From: Pseudomonadota bacterium
GTDB lineage: Bacteria; Pseudomonadota; Alphaproteobacteria; Rhodospirillales; 2-02-FULL-58-16
DNA length: 62,986 nt
Direction: 5' to 3'
NCBI GenBank assembly: GCA_022545455.1
Contig: JACZQZ010000002.1
Location: forward strand, 1 to 62,986
The translations under genes and the position numbers were made by a program. This document shows, piece by piece, positions 33,435 through 42,281 of this stretch (position 1 is the first letter of the stretch; the number at the start of each line of letters is the position of its first letter). The notes beneath the pieces were generated by a model. It was not told the DNA's origin, ran no database searches, and saw nothing but the letters and a program-made list of their open reading frames with translations.

Positions 33435-33923
33435 GTGAATTGGCGCTTGATCCCGGCCGGCATGACAGTGGTCATCGTTCTTGCGTTCGCCCCGGCGGTG
33501 GCGAAGGAGAAAACGGACAGGCACGTGGGCTATTATTATCCGAAGCCGGCATCCGTCGAGGTCTACCGGTCCCGGGCGCGGACCCTGCCCGAAGCCAACC
33601 GCCGCCAGCGCATCGGGTTCGTCACCGGCGTGGTGAACGGAATGTTGAACCGGTCCTATCCGCCCGTGGCCGCCTTTTTCGCCAAGGGACGCCAGGCCCA
33701 GAAACTGATCATCGTCAGCAACCGGCCCGGCCGGCTGGATACGGTCTATCGCGTCCGCGCCCTGTTGGCCACGTTGACCTCGTCGGCGCGCGCCACGCCC
33801 ATCTTCCGCGAATACAAGGTGGAAGACACCTTCAACTTTTTCGACATGGCGAAGATGCTCGGGTTCGAGCTGATCACGGTCAGCGACGGCGACACCTTCA
33901 CCCACCAGGTCGTGATCAAGTGA
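33435..33923 (+). CDS. Hypothetical exported protein (162 aa)
   Basis: Signal peptide MNWRLIPAGMTVVIVLAFAPAVA. Coding-like composition; no motif recognised. Confidence 0.65.
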   Translation: MNWRLIPAGMTVVIVLAFAPAVAKEKTDRHVGYYYPKPASVEVYRSRARTLPEANRRQRIGFVTGVVNGMLNRSYPPVAAFFAKGRQAQKLIIVSNRPGRLDTVYRVRALLATLTSSARATPIFREYKVEDTFNFFDMAKMLGFELITVSDGDTFTHQVVIK

Positions 33924-34020
33924 CGGACGGCCCCGGCCCGGATCGTCACACCGCTCACAGGGGTTGTCTGCCGCCATCCGGATCGTCCCTTCTGCGCAAT
34001 GCTTCCTTCGCACCGTAGCG

Positions 34021-34093
34021 CCGGGACACCCCCGGCGCAGTGACCGGGGTCACAGTATTGAAGACATCAAACGCAGAGGACGCAAAGGGACGC
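34021..34093 (-). repeat. Intergenic repeat copy combining both families (GCGCCGGGGGTGTCCCGGCGC-like hairpin plus the reverse complement of the GCGTCCCTTTGCGTCCTC(T)GCGTT core)
   Basis: Read directly and compared with 14905..14928, 25998..26021, 8751..8769 and 25606..25618. Confidence 0.6.
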
Positions 34094-34222
34094 GGAGGAG
34101 ACGGGGAGAACGGGGAGAGGGTCCTAGCATTAACCGGTGTTGCGAGTGGCGATGTCCGCTCACAGGTCGACACCGGTCGACCGTAACGAACCCGGCGAAC
34201 GACCGGGTTCGACCCGAAGCGC

Positions 34223-35038
34223 CTACTTGGATTGTGCTTCGATGAACGCCACGATGGCGGCTTCGACCTTGTCTTCAAAACCGGCGAAATGGTGTGGACC
34301 GCCCCACTTACAATTGTCGCCATCCGGGTCTTCGTCGCCGTATACCTTGACGGCAGCGGCGGATGAGCCGGTAAGTTCTTTCACCACTTTTTCGGCGTTC
34401 GACGCGGGTGAACTGGCACAGCTATCGGGTTTGTTGGCAAGCACCAGTGTCGGAACCTTGATGCTTGCCAGGTCCATATTTAGAACTCCGTTAGGATGTG
34501 TCTTGTATATGGCGTATTTTTCGCGGCTTTTGGTAATCGTCGAGGCGAGGACCAGGCCGCTGACGAGGTTCCCCAACCTAATCGCACCATTAGCGGCCGA
34601 GAACGTCCCGCGGCTGTGTCCGATCAGCCAAACCGGCACATCCGCCTTCTTTTTCAAAAATTCAATGACCGCCTGGATATCCTGGCCATGCTGTTGCGAA
34701 ATTCGATAGGTACGACGAAGGTCTTCCATACCCTCTGGCGGGTTGAATACGGCGACCATTAAACCTTTGTCCAAAAATCTTTCGCGGTTAACGACCAGAA
34801 AGCTTTTCTTCTGTTTCCGTATTTCGCCGTCGCTGTCCAACCTCAGGTATCCGCGGCCACCAGGGAAAAGAACAACCGCCGCCTTCGGGTTATCCGGCTT
34901 AAGCAATACAAAATTTAAGTCACCGCCGTACGCCGGTTTCACCGTTACCAACTCCTCGGCCTCTGCAGGTGGCGAGACACCAATAATGGCCACAGTCAGA
35001 CACGCGAGTAGACGTACGGCTTTTCGTAAGACGTGCAT
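34223..35038 (-). CDS. Exported alpha/beta hydrolase (dienelactone-hydrolase-like); visibly lower GC than the neighbours
   Basis: 271 aa. Signal peptide MHVLRKAVRLLACLTVAIIGVSPPAEA and nucleophile elbow GHSRG. RBS GGAGGA. Confidence 0.8.
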   Translation of the reverse strand: MHVLRKAVRLLACLTVAIIGVSPPAEAEELVTVKPAYGGDLNFVLLKPDNPKAAVVLFPGGRGYLRLDSDGEIRKQKKSFLVVNRERFLDKGLMVAVFNPPEGMEDLRRTYRISQQHGQDIQAVIEFLKKKADVPVWLIGHSRGTFSAANGAIRLGNLVSGLVLASTITKSREKYAIYKTHPNGVLNMDLASIKVPTLVLANKPDSCASSPASNAEKVVKELTGSSAAAVKVYGDEDPDGDNCKWGGPHHFAGFEDKVEAAIVAFIEAQSK

Positions 35039-35082
35039 TTCTTCCTCCGAAAAAACGTTCCGTGACCCGTATCACAGTTAAT

Positions 35083-35200
35083 CAGGGAAGGTCCCGCTTG
35101 TTCCGCCGGCGCGGCGGCGAGAGAAGGCGCGCCAGCGACGAACGCCCACGACGCCAGCCAGGACGGCGGAGATCATGAGGTCACGATGGGCCGCGTGCAT
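35083..35200 (-). pseudogene. Frameshifted duplicate of the signal-peptide-coding 5' end of the caspase gene
   Basis: Hand alignment with 37044..37166 gives roughly 80% identity (64/72 in the best block), a one-codon gap and a 2-nt gap that shifts the frame. Homology starts at the ATG and ends at ...GGACCTTCCCTG. Confidence 0.6.
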
Positions 35201-35213
35201 TCCCGCGGCCTCC

Positions 35214-37166
35214 CTAGCGCCGGCGCACGAACAGGAAGTCGCCGCCTTCGTGGCCGGCCCGGCGCACGTCGGAATACTGGGGCGTCTGGTCGGCGTTGAG
35301 GATCACCGGGCGGCGCATCTGGCTGAACATCTGGGTCCCGTCGATGACGCTGGTGTTCGCCTTCAGGACATCGATGAAGGCGGCGGCGAAGGGCGAATGC
35401 TTGCCGCCGCCGCTGTCCGCGACCGGCTCCAGCCCGCCCGACGTCAGCGCCAGGCGGGCGCGTTTCCCGGCCATGCGCCGGATGTAATCGGGGGTGTTCT
35501 CCTTGATCTTGATGCCGCGGATCAGGGTCCCCGAATAGCAGCTGTCGGCGACCACCATGACGTGCTTGGCGTTGAGGGCGCGCAGCGCGCCGGTGATGGT
35601 CGAATTGGCGACCCATTTTGATCGCCGGTTGGACTTGGCGTCCACGGGCAGCCAGTAGCCCTGGTCCGCCCCCTCGTCGAGCCAGCCGTGGCCGGCGTAA
35701 TAGATGAGCAGGTTGGTCGTGTCGTCCAGCTTTTCGCGGAAATCGTCCAGGGCGTCGACGATGTCGGCGCGGGTCGCGTTGATCAGCAACGTGACCTTGA
35801 AATCGTAGGTGTCGCGCAGGATATCGGCGACGGCGCGGGCATCGTCGGCGGCCGTCTTCAGGTTCGGCAGGTGCTTGTATTCGTTGTTGCCGATGACCAG
35901 GGCGTAATAGCGCCCGAAGTTTATGCCGCTGTACTTGGCCAGCCTGGCCTGGAGGACGGCCGCGGGCGATTTGGGCGCGGTGAGCCGCGCGGTGGCGGTC
36001 TTGGGCGCGCCCACAAAGCGGTCCAACAGACCCTTCTTACGGAAATCGAATTCCCGCCCGGTGATCAAGCCGCCGTCCCGCAGTTGCTTGAGCACGGCGA
36101 TCTGCCGCTGCAGGTCCGATGCCGGGGCGGCCGCCCGGGTCGCCACTTTCGCCTTGCGCTGACGCTCGGCTTCCGCCTTCAGCCGCGCTTCCTTTTCCGC
36201 CTTGCGCTTTTCCTCGGCCCTGCGCCGCTCCTCGGCTTCCTCGGTCAGGCGCGCCACCTGGGCCATGAGGCGCTTCTGCTCCTCGCGCTGGCGGCGCAGC
36301 TCCTCGGACCCGCTGCCTTTGACGGCTTCCAAGGCCTCCATGGCCTTTTGCTTCGCCTCGGCTTCCCGCTTCAGGCGCGCGACCTCGGCCGTCAGACGCG
36401 CGTCCGAACCGGCGCCGGCCCCGGCGGGTATCGTGGTTCCCGCCAGGACGTTGGTCTTGGTGCCTGGCGGGAAGCGCACGCGGACGAGGCTGTATTCCTC
36501 CTGCTCGCCCTTTTTCGGCCCCCGGGTCCAGTCCTTGACGCTCTTCAGGATCAGCCCCGACTCCGAGTTGTACCACTTGGTTTCCGAGTACTCGAGCGCT
36601 GAGATCTCCGTCTCATAAGACGAAACAAGTTCGCTTATCGCGTGTTCCCGGATTACGTAGGTCGGATACCGGAAACTATTGAGGTCCAGGAACGCGGTTC
36701 CCAGGACTTCAAGGGTCACGGTCCAGTTCCTGGTACTCTCACCGACATAAGCGCTAAGTTGTGGAATTTCGTCTTCTAAATTCAACACTATTTTGTTGCC
36801 AACCTTTGGTGGCCAAAAGCTTTCCAGGGCCGCTTTGTTCTCGTCATTGAGGCTCGCCTTCCATTCCGAGGACATGCCGTAGGCGCCATCTCCATGTCTT
36901 CCGAATACGGCGTAATCATGTCTCCAGTCCCCACTGTTGGTTTTGTACGTGATGTCGTAACCGTCGCTTTTCGTGACGGTGTAGCTCCAGGTGTCGTAGG
37001 TAACCTTGGTGCCCACCGGCAGGGGCTTGTACTCGGCCGGCGGCAGGGAAGGTCCCGCCTGCTCCGCCGGCGCGGCGGCGAGGACAGGCGCGCCGGCGGC
37101 GAGCGCCCACGACGCTAACGCAAAGGCGGCGGAAATGATCAATGTACGATGGGCTGTCCGTGCCAT
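35214..37166 (-). CDS. Exported peptidase C14 (caspase-family) protein: signal peptide - unknown domain - coiled coil - SHOCT - caspase domain
   Basis: Internal Met (MARTAHRTLIISAAFALASWALAAGAP) of ORF 35214..37238. Catalytic His context LLIYYAGHG and Cys context VVADSCYSG. SHOCT-like LKQLRDGGLITGREFDFRKKGLLDRF. E/K/R/A-rich helical stretch of about 100 aa. Confidence 0.85.
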   Translation of the reverse strand: MARTAHRTLIISAAFALASWALAAGAPVLAAAPAEQAGPSLPPAEYKPLPVGTKVTYDTWSYTVTKSDGYDITYKTNSGDWRHDYAVFGRHGDGAYGMSSEWKASLNDENKAALESFWPPKVGNKIVLNLEDEIPQLSAYVGESTRNWTVTLEVLGTAFLDLNSFRYPTYVIREHAISELVSSYETEISALEYSETKWYNSESGLILKSVKDWTRGPKKGEQEEYSLVRVRFPPGTKTNVLAGTTIPAGAGAGSDARLTAEVARLKREAEAKQKAMEALEAVKGSGSEELRRQREEQKRLMAQVARLTEEAEERRRAEEKRKAEKEARLKAEAERQRKAKVATRAAAPASDLQRQIAVLKQLRDGGLITGREFDFRKKGLLDRFVGAPKTATARLTAPKSPAAVLQARLAKYSGINFGRYYALVIGNNEYKHLPNLKTAADDARAVADILRDTYDFKVTLLINATRADIVDALDDFREKLDDTTNLLIYYAGHGWLDEGADQGYWLPVDAKSNRRSKWVANSTITGALRALNAKHVMVVADSCYSGTLIRGIKIKENTPDYIRRMAGKRARLALTSGGLEPVADSGGGKHSPFAAAFIDVLKANTSVIDGTQMFSQMRRPVILNADQTPQYSDVRRAGHEGGDFLFVRRR

Positions 37167-37475
37167 CGTGACCTCACCTGGGTTGGCGCGAGGCCGTTCC
37201 CGACCGGCTCCATCCGGGCGCCGACGGGGACGCCGCATTAGCCCGTCCGCGGAAATTCCATCCCGTTACCCGGATGCCCGCGCTGGTTGGTGAAACCATA
37301 CCAGGAATCCGCGTTTCTGACCACCCCGGGAGGCGGCGCTACGTCCGTGACGAAACACGAACCTATACACCGCGCCGCGCTCCCACCTCCGGCGGGCCGT
37401 CGGGGGGGTTTCGCGCCGCCACGGCCCCAAGAGGACGCCCGCCCGTGCGGCGGACCGGAGGGTTTACGCGGCCCC

Positions 37476-37568
37476 CTATCCGGCCACCGCGAACGCCAAC
37501 ACGCTCACGGTCCACACCATCACGCCGGCGATCGTGATTCGGACTGTCTGCTGCCACATGGTTTCCAT
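37476..37568 (-). CDS. Hypothetical small hydrophobic peptide (27-30 aa; METMWQQTVRITIAGVMVWTVSVLAFAVAG)
   Basis: Not in the ORF track because it is too short. AGGGGA lies upstream of the second ATG, and the peptide has a single TM helix. No homology recognised. Confidence 0.2.
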   Translation of the reverse strand: METMWQQTVRITIAGVMVWTVSVLAFAVAG

Positions 37569-37661
37569 CCCCTATTCGGGTCGATGTTGGGTGGAACGTT
37601 AGACCAACACGACCCGGCGCGCAGTGATGGGCGTCACAGGGAAATTTTTTTCCGGCGGTTG

Positions 37662-37701
37662 CAGAAAAAAAGAAAAAACCGGCCCGGCAAGGGAACCGGT
37701 G
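37662..37701 (-). terminator. Probable intrinsic terminator of the DUF47-PiT operon
   Basis: On the minus strand, ACCGGttCCCttgccGGGCCGGT is followed by TTTTTTCTTTTTTT, about 15 nt after the PiT stop. Confidence 0.5.
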
Positions 37702-37713
37702 CGCCAGCCGTGT

Positions 37714-39198
37714 CTATTCGCCGACGCGGAAGGTGCGGAAGACGAAATCCAGTTTCTTCCGCAGTCTCCTGTTGTGCGCCTTGTTCTCCGTCGTCTTTTC
37801 ACGCGGGCGCCATTCGCCGCTCTCCCGGGCCAGGGCCTCGGCGAGCATCCATGTATGCAGGAACGTTCGTCCGGTCAGCCCGCGCACCGCCTGAACCTGG
37901 CCGGCGCTCAGCCGGCTCGTCTCCAGGTCCGGCAGGCGCGCCGGGTCGATCGCCATCGGGTCCACCTCCGCATAGGCCATGAACTTGGCCTCGTCGTCGC
38001 CGTTCAGCGCCATCCGCTCCCCGAGCGCCTGGCGGAAACGCCGCGCCGAGGAGAACGCCTGGCCCCTGAGCTCGCCAAGCCGGTCGGTCTTCACCCCGGC
38101 CCGTTCCAGGCGCTCGAGGACGGGCTCGGACAGCACGTAGGGCACCGGGCGGTATACCGTCTGGCCGAAGACGTTCTGCAGGAAGAACAGGCCGATGAAG
38201 CAGACGAGGCCGGCGAGCAGCGGAGTCAGCACCCATCCCATGCCGATGCCGCCCAGCACATTCCAGCGGATTCCCCGCCCGCCCTTGAGGATGCCGATGC
38301 CGAGCACTGCGCCGACGACGGCCTGGGAGCTGGACACCGGAACCAGCGGGATGGTCGGCAGCCCGTTGGCGGCGAGCATCCGCTCCAGGCCTTCCGAGGC
38401 GAACAGGATGAGGACCAGGGAATGGGCGACGACGACGACCCACGCGGCCACCGGCGACAATGGCATAAGGCCGCTCCCCACCGTCAGCATCACCCGCTTG
38501 GAATAGGTGAGCACGCCGACGGCGATGGCGAGTGCTCCGATCAGGAAGAGTTGCTGGGCCGCGGTAAACGTGGCCAGGCCGAAGACGGAGAAATCGCTGA
38601 ACGGCGAAGACGCGACGAAAACGCCCACCACGTTGGCGATGTTGTTGGCGCCCAGGCTGTAGGCGCCGAACGCGCCGGCCAGGATCAGGCCCAGCCGGGT
38701 GTAGGCGTCCCGGCGCAGCAGGTGCAGCTTGGAGGCGCGCAAATACGCGGTGACCATCTTGAACAACACCATGGCGAAGACGGCCGCCAACACCGGGCAG
38801 ATAACCCAGGTGCTGAGGATCTTGAACAGCACGTTGGTGTCGGTCACGGTCTCGCTGAACAGGTTCCAGCCCAGGATGCCGCCGACGATCGCCTGGGTGG
38901 TGGAGACGGGCAGGCCGAACCTGGTCATCACATAGACCGCGAGGGCGGCGGAAAAGGCGGCCATGAAGGAGCCGGCCAGCGCGTTGACCGCGCCCAGCCT
39001 GCCCAGGGTCTCGGCCGGCCCGGCGCCGCTGATCACGGCGCCGAGGACGACGAACACGCTGCAGATCACGGCCGCCGTGGTGAAGCGGATCATCTGCGTG
39101 CCGACCGCGGTGCCGAACACGTTGGCGGCGTCGTTGCCGCCCAGCGCCCAACCGAGGAACAGGCCGCTGGTCAGGAACAGCAGAACCGCTATCTCCAT
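37714..39198 (-). CDS. Inorganic phosphate transporter, PiT (PHO4) family, with a ~165-aa soluble C-terminal extension
   Basis: 494 aa. N-terminal GGNDAANVFGTAVG signature repeated in the second half (GANNIANVVG). The last ~165 residues are hydrophilic. Confidence 0.9.
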   Translation of the reverse strand: MEIAVLLFLTSGLFLGWALGGNDAANVFGTAVGTQMIRFTTAAVICSVFVVLGAVISGAGPAETLGRLGAVNALAGSFMAAFSAALAVYVMTRFGLPVSTTQAIVGGILGWNLFSETVTDTNVLFKILSTWVICPVLAAVFAMVLFKMVTAYLRASKLHLLRRDAYTRLGLILAGAFGAYSLGANNIANVVGVFVASSPFSDFSVFGLATFTAAQQLFLIGALAIAVGVLTYSKRVMLTVGSGLMPLSPVAAWVVVVAHSLVLILFASEGLERMLAANGLPTIPLVPVSSSQAVVGAVLGIGILKGGRGIRWNVLGGIGMGWVLTPLLAGLVCFIGLFFLQNVFGQTVYRPVPYVLSEPVLERLERAGVKTDRLGELRGQAFSSARRFRQALGERMALNGDDEAKFMAYAEVDPMAIDPARLPDLETSRLSAGQVQAVRGLTGRTFLHTWMLAEALARESGEWRPREKTTENKAHNRRLRKKLDFVFRTFRVGE

Positions 39199-39217
39199 GG
39201 AGCCCCGCTCATTGGTA

Positions 39218-39880
39218 TTAAACGGTCCGTTTGATGGCGTAGATGGTCAGCCGGTCGGCGACGTCCTCGGCCCTGTCGGCCACGTTGTCGATGTGCTCGA
39301 CGAAGTCGCGCAAATGCACCTTGTGGCTAAGCGGAAGGTCGGCGGCGAAAATCGCCCGTTTCAGCTTCGTGCTCACCTTGTCGGCTTCCTTTTCGTAGTG
39401 CATCACCTTGTGCATGTGATCGCTGACGGCCGCGATGTTGCGGAAAAAAGCCCTCGACGCCAGGACCAGGGATTCGACGCCCTGCACCGCGATCTCGGTC
39501 AGCGCCGCGTAGTCGGCGTGGTACTCGGAAGGGATGTCCGGGGTTTCGATGGAGAAGCTCCACAAGGCGCCCTCGAAAAGGTTGAGCACGGAATCCAGGT
39601 TTTCCAGCAGGCCCAGGACGTCGCCGCGGGACTCGGGGATCAGCGTCTCGGCGTACAACTGGGTTTCGACGGATCGGCGCAGGCGGTCGGCGGTGCTTTC
39701 CAGTTCGTTGACGTGGCGAAGCTTTTCGTCGAACTCCTCGGTCCTCCCGTCGGACAGGTACAGCTTCACCGCATGCTCGAAGACCATGCCGGACTCGGAA
39801 AGCTTGTCGAGGAAATCGTCGATCTCGGTTTCCAGCGACTTGGTCCGGCGGAATAGCGCCAGTTCCTTCGCCAATGCCAT
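39218..39880 (-). CDS. DUF47 (PhoU-like, TIGR00153) Pit accessory protein
   Basis: 220 aa, helical, immediately upstream of the PiT gene, which is the canonical pairing. Confidence 0.85.
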   Translation of the reverse strand: MALAKELALFRRTKSLETEIDDFLDKLSESGMVFEHAVKLYLSDGRTEEFDEKLRHVNELESTADRLRRSVETQLYAETLIPESRGDVLGLLENLDSVLNLFEGALWSFSIETPDIPSEYHADYAALTEIAVQGVESLVLASRAFFRNIAAVSDHMHKVMHYEKEADKVSTKLKRAIFAADLPLSHKVHLRDFVEHIDNVADRAEDVADRLTIYAIKRTV

Positions 39881-40038
39881 GCCTGCCTCTCCCCAAATAG
39901 CCCTTCCCGCCGCCCCCCGCGCCCCTCGGCCGGGGCGCCATGCCGGTGCGGTCCTTACGGTTGCGCCGCATCATGACGGTACCACAGAATCGGGCAGGAA
40001 CGGGAATCTTCTCCCAGCCGCCGCCGGGCGCCGACGCT

Positions 40039-40800
40039 TCAATACGCCTGGATGCGTTCGCCGTTGCGCGTGCAGGCGGGCCGGGCCAGCTCGACGAAGA
40101 GGTCGGTGATGCTTTCCGGGGGCTCGAGCGTCATCGGATCCTCGCCGGGGAAGGCCCGGGCGCGCATGGCCGTGCGGATGGCGCCGGGGTCGAGCAGGTT
40201 GACCCGCACGTTGGTCTTGGCCACCTCGGCCGCATAGACGCGGACCAGTGTTTCCAGGGCCGCCTTGCTGACGGCGTATGCCCCCCAATAGGGCCGCGCG
40301 CCCACGCCCGAGGTGACGAAGATGGCGCGGCCCGCGTCCGAGAGGCGGAGCAGCGAATCAAAACTGCGGATGAGCCGCCAGTTGGCGGTCAGGTTGATCG
40401 CCATCACCTGGTCCCAGGTCTTCACATCGATGTGGCCGAGTGGGCTGAGCGTGCCGAGCGCGCCGGCGTTGCCGACCAGGATGTCGAGGCGCTTGAAGCG
40501 CTCGAAGACGGCGGCGCCCATGCGGTCGATGGTGTCGAAGTCGGTCAGGTCCCCGGGCACCAGGGTGACGCTGCCGCCCATGGCGCGGACCTCGTCGTCC
40601 AGCTCTTCCAGGGCGCCCTGGGTGCGCGCCGCTAAGATCAGGTGCGCCCCTTCCCGGGCGAAGCGCCGCGCCACCGCCGCCCCGATGCCGCGCGAGGCGC
40701 CGGTGACCAGGGCGATGCGTCCCTCCAGCGCCCGCCCGCCCGTGGCCGTTCGGGGCGTTTTGCCCCGCTTGGGTGGGGCGCCGCCGCCCGCATCGGACAT
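40039..40800 (-). CDS. Short-chain dehydrogenase/reductase (SDR) family oxidoreductase
   Basis: Internal Met (MSDAGGG) of ORF 40039..41070. TGASRGIG cofactor motif and YAVSKAAL (YxxxK). Confidence 0.85.
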   Translation of the reverse strand: MSDAGGGAPPKRGKTPRTATGGRALEGRIALVTGASRGIGAAVARRFAREGAHLILAARTQGALEELDDEVRAMGGSVTLVPGDLTDFDTIDRMGAAVFERFKRLDILVGNAGALGTLSPLGHIDVKTWDQVMAINLTANWRLIRSFDSLLRLSDAGRAIFVTSGVGARPYWGAYAVSKAALETLVRVYAAEVAKTNVRVNLLDPGAIRTAMRARAFPGEDPMTLEPPESITDLFVELARPACTRNGERIQAY

Positions 40801-40802
40801 GG

Positions 40803-42275
40803 TTATCCTTGCTCGGCCAGGAGCGACAGCTGCACGGGAACGGGTCCGTCTTCCTGGTCGGCCAGCCGGACCGGGTATTCGCCGGTGAAGCAGGCGTCGC
40901 AATACTGGGGATTGCCGGCGTCCCGGTCGGCGCCGCAGACCGCCCTGTACAGGCCGTCGAAGGAGATGAAGGCGAGGGTATCGACCCCGATGTGCCGGGC
41001 CATGGCCTCGACGTCGTAATTGGCGGCCAGCAGCTCCGAGCGCTCGGGCGTGTCGATGCCGTAAAAGCACGAATGCGCGATGGGCGGGCTGGAGATACGC
41101 ATGTGGATCTCGGATGCGCCCGCACTGCGCACCATCTCCACGATCTTCAGGGACGTGGTGCCGCGGACGATGGAATCGTCTACCAGGACCACCCGCTTGT
41201 TCTTCAGTTGCGCGATGTTGGCGTTGTGCTTGAGCTTGACGCCAAGGTGGCGGATCTGGGACGTGGGTTCGATGAAGGTGCGGCCTACGTAGTGGTTGCG
41301 GATGATGCCCATCTCAAAGGGCGCTCCCGCCTCCTCCGCGTAGCCGATGGCGGCCGGGACGCCGGAGTCGGGCACCGGCACCACCATGTCCGTCTCCACA
41401 TGGCTTTCCCGGGCCAGCTCGGCGCCGATGCGCTTGCGCACCTCGTACACGTTCTTGTCCTCGACCACGCTGTCGGGGCGGGCGAAGTAGATGTACTCGA
41501 AGATGCAGAACCGTTGCTTTGCCGGGACAAAGGGCTTCACGCTGCGCACCCCGTCCCGTTCGATGATCACGATCTCGCCCGGCTCCACGTCGCGGATGAA
41601 TTCGGCCCCGATGATGTCGAACGCACAGGATTCCGACGCCAGGATGTAGGCGCCGTCGATGCGGCCCAAGACCAGCGGCCGGACGCCCATCCTGTCGCGC
41701 ACGCCGATCAACTGGGTTGCGGTCAGCGCGACCAGGGAATACGCCCCCTCGACCTGGCGCAGGGCGTCGATCATGCGGTCGACCACCGTCGTCTTACGGC
41801 TGGTGGCGATGAGGTGGATAATGACCTCGGTGTCCATGGTGGATTGGAAGATGCAGCCGTGCCGGACCAGGGATTTGCGCACCGAATAGGCGTTGGTCAG
41901 GTTGCCGTTGTGGGCGATGGCCAGGCCGCCGAATTCGAATTCGGCGAACAGCGGCTGGACATTGCGCAGGATCGTGCCGCCCGTGGTCGAATAGCGCACA
42001 TGGCCGATGGCCAGGTCGCCGGGAAGCCGGCGGATGACGTCTTCGGAGTTGAAGTTGTCGCCGACCAGCCCGAGGGCCCGGTGGCTGTGGAAGTGTTCCC
42101 CGTTGAAGGTGACCATACCCACCGCCTCCTGGCCCCGGTGCTGCAGCGCATGCAGGCCGAGGGCGGTGTGGGCGGCGGCGTCGGCATAGCCGAAGATCCC
42201 GAACAGGCCGCATTCCTCGCCCAGGTGGTCACCGTCGAAGGGATGGGTTTTCGGCATACCTAGTGTCCTGTACAC
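40803..42275 (-). CDS. purF: Amidophosphoribosyltransferase
   Basis: 490 aa with the N-terminal nucleophile context ECGLFGIFG and a PRPP-binding loop VVLVDDSIVRGTT. The start may be the Met at 42257. Confidence 0.95.
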   Translation of the reverse strand: MYRTLGMPKTHPFDGDHLGEECGLFGIFGYADAAAHTALGLHALQHRGQEAVGMVTFNGEHFHSHRALGLVGDNFNSEDVIRRLPGDLAIGHVRYSTTGGTILRNVQPLFAEFEFGGLAIAHNGNLTNAYSVRKSLVRHGCIFQSTMDTEVIIHLIATSRKTTVVDRMIDALRQVEGAYSLVALTATQLIGVRDRMGVRPLVLGRIDGAYILASESCAFDIIGAEFIRDVEPGEIVIIERDGVRSVKPFVPAKQRFCIFEYIYFARPDSVVEDKNVYEVRKRIGAELARESHVETDMVVPVPDSGVPAAIGYAEEAGAPFEMGIIRNHYVGRTFIEPTSQIRHLGVKLKHNANIAQLKNKRVVLVDDSIVRGTTSLKIVEMVRSAGASEIHMRISSPPIAHSCFYGIDTPERSELLAANYDVEAMARHIGVDTLAFISFDGLYRAVCGADRDAGNPQYCDACFTGEYPVRLADQEDGPVPVQLSLLAEQG

Positions 42276-42281
42276 CAGAAC

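Noticed and set aside
39881-40038. A Pho-box-like sequence (CTGTGGTACCGTCATGA on the minus strand) upstream of the DUF47-PiT operon.
   Set aside because: It lacks the two 7-bp direct repeats at 11-bp spacing that define PhoB sites. The resemblance is limited to GTCAT.
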